Positions 57,838 to 64,000 of a stretch of 64,000 nucleotides of DNA are shown here, piece by piece. The DNA comes from the human T2T-CHM13v2.0 reference genome, Homo sapiens. Location: assembly GCF_009914755.1 (NCBI RefSeq), contig NC_060927.1; one strand, written 5' to 3'. The notes under the pieces were generated by a model. That model was not told where the DNA came from and made no database searches. It saw nothing but the letters and a program-made list of their open reading frames with translations. The first letter of the stretch is position 1, and each line of letters opens with the position of its first letter. Both the position numbers and the translations under genes were made by a program.

Positions 57838-58204
57838 GTATATTTTTAAGTCTGCAGTTTAGACTTAACTGTGAAAAGTTTGCTCTTGTGTATAATTTCA
57901 AATTAGTGAAGTTTCACAAGTGGACCATACATAATAAAAGGCAGAAGAGAGTTGTGATATAAGTCACTGGTGCACAAAAGTTAAAGAAAGGTGAAGGAGT
58001 GGGATGCATTAGCTGAGAAGAAGGGTACCGAGGACGGACTCTTACCTCAGAGAGATAACTGCCTTCTGTCTGTTAAACTGGGAGCTGAAACTTGTTATCT
58101 CGATTATGAGGGACTTGATGCTCAATAGTCAAAAGTGAAATGATTTGAAGAGTGTTTGTTTCATTGCTAAGTGGGCTAAGAGAAAAGTTTTCCTTGGACA
58201 AATA

Positions 58205-58524
58205 CAGTTGTCCCTCTGTATCTGTGGGAGATTTTTTTCAGGATCCCTTGCTGATACCAAAATCTACTAATGCTATATTTCCTTATATAAAATGGCATTA
58301 TATTTGCATATAACCTACACATATCTTCCTGTATACTTTACCTCTAGAATACATATATTACCTAATACAGTGTAAATGCTATGTAAATAGTTGGCACACT
58401 ATGTTTGATTTGTATTATTTTTCATTGTGGCCTTGTTACTTTTTATTTTATGCGTCCAATTATTTTTTATCTGCTGTCATTTGAATCCATAAATGCAGGG
58501 CCTGCAGATATGGGAGGTCAAATA
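58205..58524 (+). mobile_element. MER2 (TcMar-Tigger MITE)
   Basis: TA|cagttgtccctctgtatctgtggg...gataccaaaatc...tatttgcatataaccta...gcagatatgggagg...|TA. Confidence 0.85.
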
Positions 58525-59544
58525 TACATTCTGTTTAGATGGCTCTGGTGATACCAAGCTTAACATATCTGGCTGGAATCACTGATACTGAACAAAACAA
58601 CTGAAGGTATTAGAAAACTTGGTGTGTTTCATGTAACAGATATTTTTAAAAAGGTACAATGGATGACTGTGAAGAATAATTCATGGTAAACTTTTATAGG
58701 ATTACTATAAATACTTTAGTAACATACCTGTGGTTATTTAAAAAAAATAAGAAATTGTATCATGGATATTGGCATAAAAAATGTGAATATTATAGATTGT
58801 CTGAATGTTTTATCAAGACAGGAAATGGGGGACAAGTAGAAAAACATTGAAAAATTATGACTGATTAGATGCATGTTTCACTCTTTTGGGGAAAACCTTA
58901 TAGTAACTAGACTATTTTTAGAAATACTGTGACTCTGCGGAATATCCCCAGACTTTGTTGACCTATCATCTTCATCCCCATGTACATGACTTCAAGTTTC
59001 ACACGGCGTTGTGATGATTTGTTTCATGCCTGTGTCCGCCATGGTTTTCTTCACTGGTGAGAATTAAGTATTATTTATTTTGATATCACTGTGTATGTGT
59101 AGTACTTGGCACATATTACGAGCTCAACAAAATGTTAGACAACTGAAAAAGACAGCTTAAAATCATGTTTAGAAAATGCAGTGGTTTGTAAATTTTTCTT
59201 TCAAATATAGATACTGTTAAGGACTGCTAAGTTTGGTAGAAATCTTAACAATGACAGGAAAATATTATTTGATCATAATTTTTCAATTATTTACATGAAG
59301 AAAGAAGATAATCATTTGTTGCATTTTCTGACAATGTAAATAATGTTGAAGGTCAAAATTATCATAAGGAATCTAAGCATGGAATGTACCATAATAATTT
59401 ATTTCTCCATACTTTTTCGCATGTTATTAAATCTTTTGGGAAAAAAAACTACCTGTATGAGACTTTAAAATGAGATTTTAAAAATATTTATATTTTTCAA
59501 GATGTTTTAAATGATTCAACCTTTCTTTCTTCACATGTAATGAA

Positions 59545-62400
59545 ATAGTTATTCATTTACAAAAATTTCTAATGTACTTATTTGCCTGGCACCATTTAAA
59601 GCACATAATCCCCTTTACCTAGCGCTGGTATGGAAAATGGTCTCTATTCATAGAGCTTACATTTTAGTGGCAGGAGTGATAAAATTAAAGTATACAGGCA
59701 ATCAAGAGTTCTTTGGACATGCTAAATTTAAGAAGCCTAACAGATATCTACATGGGAATGTTGGGAAGGAAATGAATATGACTAGAGCCTATGGGAGAGA
59801 TCAGGACAGAAGATAAAGATTTAGAATATAGAATAATAATGATATATGAAGCCCTGATATTGGATAAAATCACCTTTGGAGTTTGTATAAATAAAAAAGA
59901 GAGGAGAACAGAGGACAGATTCATGGACATTTCAATATTTAGAGGTCTTGCAGAGCAGAATAATCCATGAAAAAGACTATAAGGGAGGATGATATCTAGA
60001 AGCCTAAAGGAAAAATGTCTTTCAATAAGAAGGGAATAGCTACTTATATCTGGTACTGTGAGAGGTAAAGAAAACAAGAACAGACAATTAACTACTGGGT
60101 TTTACAAGATGGCAGTCCTCAGTGGCTCATATATTCCTCCTGCTGCTTGTAATAATAGTAGTAATAGTAATTTTAATAACGTAGCACCTCTCAGGGCCAG
60201 ATACTGTTCTATGTGCTTAACAGGTATTAAACAATTTATATATATTTGTGTTTGTGTGTGTATATATATGTATATATGTAATTTATATATATATAATTTT
60301 ATTGACATGAAAATTGAAAATATCTAGTTGGATTGAGCTGAAATGAAAATGGGAGGAGGTGGTTGTATTACTTATGTATTGCTACATCAAAAAAAATGTA
60401 GTGGCTTAAAAAGAGCAAACATTTATTTTCTCATTATTCCTACAAATTAGAAATTCTAATTTAGTTGGCTGGTTCTAGCTCAGGGTTTCTCATGAGGTAG
60501 CAGTTAGGACAGTGGGTGGGGCTGCAGTCACCTAAAGGTTGCATGGGCCTGAATGATTCTCCTGTAAGATGGCTTAGTCACAAGGCTATTGGCTGGAGAT
60601 CTCAGTTCCTCACTGGCCATTGGCGGGAGGCCACAATTCCTTGCACCTAAGCCTTTCCACAGTGCTGGTACCAACAGGGAAGCAGCTTTTCCTACAAAGC
60701 AAGAAATCAAGGTCAAATGAGGACAGACTGTGATGCTTTTGATGACTTATTCTCAGAAGTTACATACTGTCACTTCTGTCCTATTCTATTCGTTAACATT
60801 ATGTCACTAAGGCGATTTCTATGGAAAATTAGTTCCCACCTTTTGAAGTGAGTGTCAAATAATCTGTTAACTATTTTAAGCCACTACTTCAGTGGTGAAG
60901 TGTAAAGATTTCAAATATATGCAAGTATTGTGAGAATTTTTTTGATAAGGGTAGCAGAGAGATGGGAAGTTAATTGAAATTAGATATACAATGAAATATT
61001 TTTAAAGACAATATTTAGGCATATTTTGTGCTTATATGAAGGAAAAAAACAACATGAAGAAGAGAAAGAGGACATGGAGGTCCTCAAGGAGGCTTGGTAC
61101 GGGAAAGGATCGATATAAAAATAAAGAAGCAGTGAATGTGTCTTTCAGCGAAATCAGAGGAAGTTAGAGAATGGTGGGTACACAGTCACATAGAGTGGAA
61201 AATTTTACGGAGGGAAGTTGGGGTAATTTTTACAGTATGGTCTATTTTCCCTGGAAAATATTAGGTGAGAATAGCAGTAGAGAAGGAGAGGCAAGGAGAG
61301 GGGTCCTGGGGATTTGATGATAGAGGAAGTAAGAACTATAGGTTAGCTTGGAGAGTAGGACAATGAATTTGCTATGGAAGTTAAGTAGGATTGTCTGGCT
61401 TTTGTGAGTGCCCATTTGAGATTCACGATCATAAATATAAGTGAATCCAGTCAGCACATTTATAAGATTATGACTATCTTAGACCAGATCATTATTACCA
61501 TGTACCTGAATTATTATAATAGTTACCCCACTGGTCTTCCTTTCCTCAGGTTTCCCCTACTACTGCCACATCAATCTTCTTAAAACACTTTTCTGCATAA
61601 ATTAAGCTCTAGGTCAAAAACTTTGTTTCTCCTTGATCTTGAAGGCCAAGCACTTAGATTTTCTCCCTCGGCCTGTCATAATATGGCCATAGGCTACATC
61701 CCCAATGATGGCAAACCACAAAATATTTTCCATGGTGCATTCACATGATCTGTTTTGTATTTTGAAATGGTTATTCTGGAGGTTGTATGGAAACCTATTG
61801 GAATAAGGCATTACCAGATTCACAGAGACCAGCAAGGAGGTTGTGTCTGTGGCAAAATGTGTTAGTGGTCCCAAAGCATTAGCAGTAGGAAGAGAAGTGA
61901 GCTGATGGGTATGAGAGATATAAGGAAGGTAAATCTCTTGACTTCGATGTAAGGATAAAGTGATAGGGAGGTATCTAGAGTGACAAACAGATTTTTCACT
62001 TATGTGATTGTTAGATGGCGGTAACAGAGAATAGGAAAGGAAGAAACAAGATGAAGAGAAAGAGAAGTCCAGCTTAATACATATGAAATTTGACATACCC
62101 AAGTAACATACATTTGTAGATGTCCAGTAGGCAACTGGAATGTTTAAGTTTGAGGTCTGAGTTCTAGACTGGGGATCAAAATTTGGGAATCATTAGCAAT
62201 GAAATCATAGATTGGTTTGTTATCAAGTATTGATTGTAGGTATAGGGTTAGAGAAATTGAGACTATCTGAATCCCTGGAAAAAACTTTCCGGATAGAGTA
62301 AGAGATTCCCCCAGAAAGGAAAATAAGTGACATAAAGGTGGAAAAAATAAAATAATAAGTGTTATCACAGAAAGTATAGGAAAAAGCTTCTTAAGTCCAC
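59545..62400 (-). mobile_element. Fragmented L2 region (mostly minus, one plus piece about 61460-61690) with nested MIR and MLT1
   Basis: ttggacatgctaaattt, gaggacagattcatggacattt, gatgtccagtaggcaactgga, ttgggaatcattagca; boundaries approximate. Confidence 0.65.
60364..60888 (-). mobile_element. MLT1H/I-like MaLR LTR
   Basis: gtggcttaaaa...aaacatttatt...ctcagggtttctcatgagg...ctcagttcctc...tctcagaagttacatactgtcacttctg. Confidence 0.75.
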
Positions 62401-62454
62401 TAATGTTTATATTTAAAAAGAACTAGGATAAGATAGACAATAGTGCTATTTGAA

Positions 62455-62625
62455 CAATAATTCACAACCATATCTGTTAGTATCATCTGGAGACCTTCTT
62501 TAAAAATCAAGTAATAACTGGATTATGTCTAATAAATCGGAATGCCTGAGTAGCAGGTAATAGTGGTCCCTTTTTTAAAGCTCTCTGATGATTCTGATGC
62601 AGAGTAAAAGTAAAGATCTACTGAG
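62455..62625. mobile_element. MER5A-like
   Basis: tcatctggag...ttttttaaagctctctgatgattctgatgcag. Confidence 0.5.
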
Positions 62626-62763
62626 ATAGAGTTATTTGACCGTTTGTTTCATATATTATATGCAATAGGATAAGCATAAATGAAGTAAGATTAAGTTGCA
62701 TGTGGCAATAAAATTTAGATAGTGCCATTACTATGCAAGTGTAGGGAATATCAGCCAGCTATA

Positions 62764-63316
62764 TGTGGTGGATTGCAAAAAAAAAAAAAAAGAAAAAAGG
62801 AATTTATTTTAGAAATCCCACTTAACTCTGTATGTACTCTCATTTGCAATTTGACTTTGTTGCTCCTGTCTCAAGAGGTACAGTCTGTTTCTCTACCTCC
62901 ATAATTTGGGCTGGCTCTGTGACTTGCCTTGACCAATGCTATTTCAGAATTTCTGAGCCTAGGCCTAAAGAGAGCTTGCAGCTTTTGTTCTCATTTTCTT
63001 GCTTCCCTGAGATCACAGACTCTAAAGAAACCAAGGTTACTTTCCTTAAGGGTGAGAGGCTGTGTAAAGAGAGAAAGGGGACTTGCTGACAGCCAGTACC
63101 ATGTGATTGAGGCGACCTTGGACAATCTAGCACTAATTGAACAATCAGGTAACTGTGAACACATCACTGACCCCAAGAAAGATAAGCAGAGAAGCCTCCT
63201 TTCTTAGCACAGCCCACCTAAACCCACAGAATTGTGAACAAATAAAATGGTTGTTGTTTAAACCACCAAGTCTTGGGGTGGTTGTTATGCAGCAATACAC
63301 AGCTGACATACTGACA
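62764..63316 (+). mobile_element. MLT1G/H-like MaLR LTR
   Basis: tgtggtggattgcaaa...gactttgttgctcct...gggctggctctgtgacttgc...gttgtttaaaccaccaagtcttggggtggttgttatgcagcaata. Confidence 0.8.
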
Positions 63317-63669
63317 TAAGAAACAATTACCCATCTTTAGATGTAACTGATGAAGCAGTCAATTATAAATGCTTTTGTCTATAGATAATTTTGACATTTC
63401 CTGAGAAATCTATTTTAAGTCTCCCTTCACCACATAAACCTTTTATAAGCACTGTATCTGAAACATAGGAGTATTGTAGACTACTGTTTAGAAATATTTA
63501 ATTATTCAATTTGGTGCACTATCTAATGATTTGTCCTCCCAACTTCATTTCCCACCTCTTACTTTGGGTATGTTATTCAAAGAAAACAGCCAGAGATGGT
63601 CTGTTACTCTTGCTGCTGCTATTGTTACCATTCCTTTTGCTACCAGTATAGTAATTGAAACAACTAACT

Positions 63670-63900
63670 TTTATTAAGCATTACTATTTGTCAGAAGCCC
63701 TCCCATGAACTTGGCTTTCTGTATCTCATTTTCTGCCAACGCTGTGTGACCTAGAGACTGTTATATCCTCAGTTTACAGATGAGGAAGCCAAGGCTCAAA
63801 TACAACAAAATAAGGAAATACAACAAAATAAGGAAACACAACTAGTAAGTAGCTGGAAAGTGACTCGATACAGGTTTGAATGACTCCACAGCCTGTTTTT
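63670..63900 (-). mobile_element. MIR with internal 18-bp duplication
   Basis: tttacagatgaggaagccaaggctca...cacaactagtaagt. Confidence 0.7.
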
Positions 63901-63907
63901 CTAACTA

Positions 63908-64000
63908 TTTTTTTTTTCTATCACCCAGGCTGCAGTGTAGTGACATGATCTCAGCTCACTGCAACCTCTGCCTCCCAGGTTTAAGCAATTCTCCTGCCTC
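63908..64000 (-). mobile_element. Alu, cut by the window edge
   Basis: T tail followed by cacccaggctgcagtgtagtg...ctcagctcactgcaacctctgcctcc. Confidence 0.92.

Noticed and set aside
61614-62102. 162-aa minus-strand ORF
   Set aside because: Lies in degraded L2 sequence, has no recognisable domain, and is most likely a chance frame.

Overview
AT-rich, CpG-depleted primate (human-like) non-coding genomic DNA, either intronic or intergenic. No protein-coding gene, RNA gene, CRISPR array or CpG island can be supported. The ORFs I can recognise are remnants of L1 ORF1/ORF2, Tigger1 transposase or Alu; the rest look like chance frames. About half of the window is interspersed repeat: 12 Alu/FLAM copies, a full-length ~7 kb L1PA13-like element (33431-40473, minus), a 5'-inverted L1PA4/5-like element (19458-23324), a truncated L1PB, an old L1MC4-like element, a near full-length Tigger1, several MaLR LTRs, hAT/TcMar MITEs, MIR and L2. 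Subfamily names come from remembered consensus sequences and need RepeatMasker/Dfam confirmation. I found no new biological system. The most informative signals are reconstructable rearrangements: an AluJ whose right half, tail and TSD were inverted via 8-bp microhomology; two twin-priming L1 inversions, one of them ancient; template-switch-like perfect hairpins; and a tandem duplication that doubles an AP-1 site. There are also a few enhancer-like motif clusters and candidate non-coding exons.
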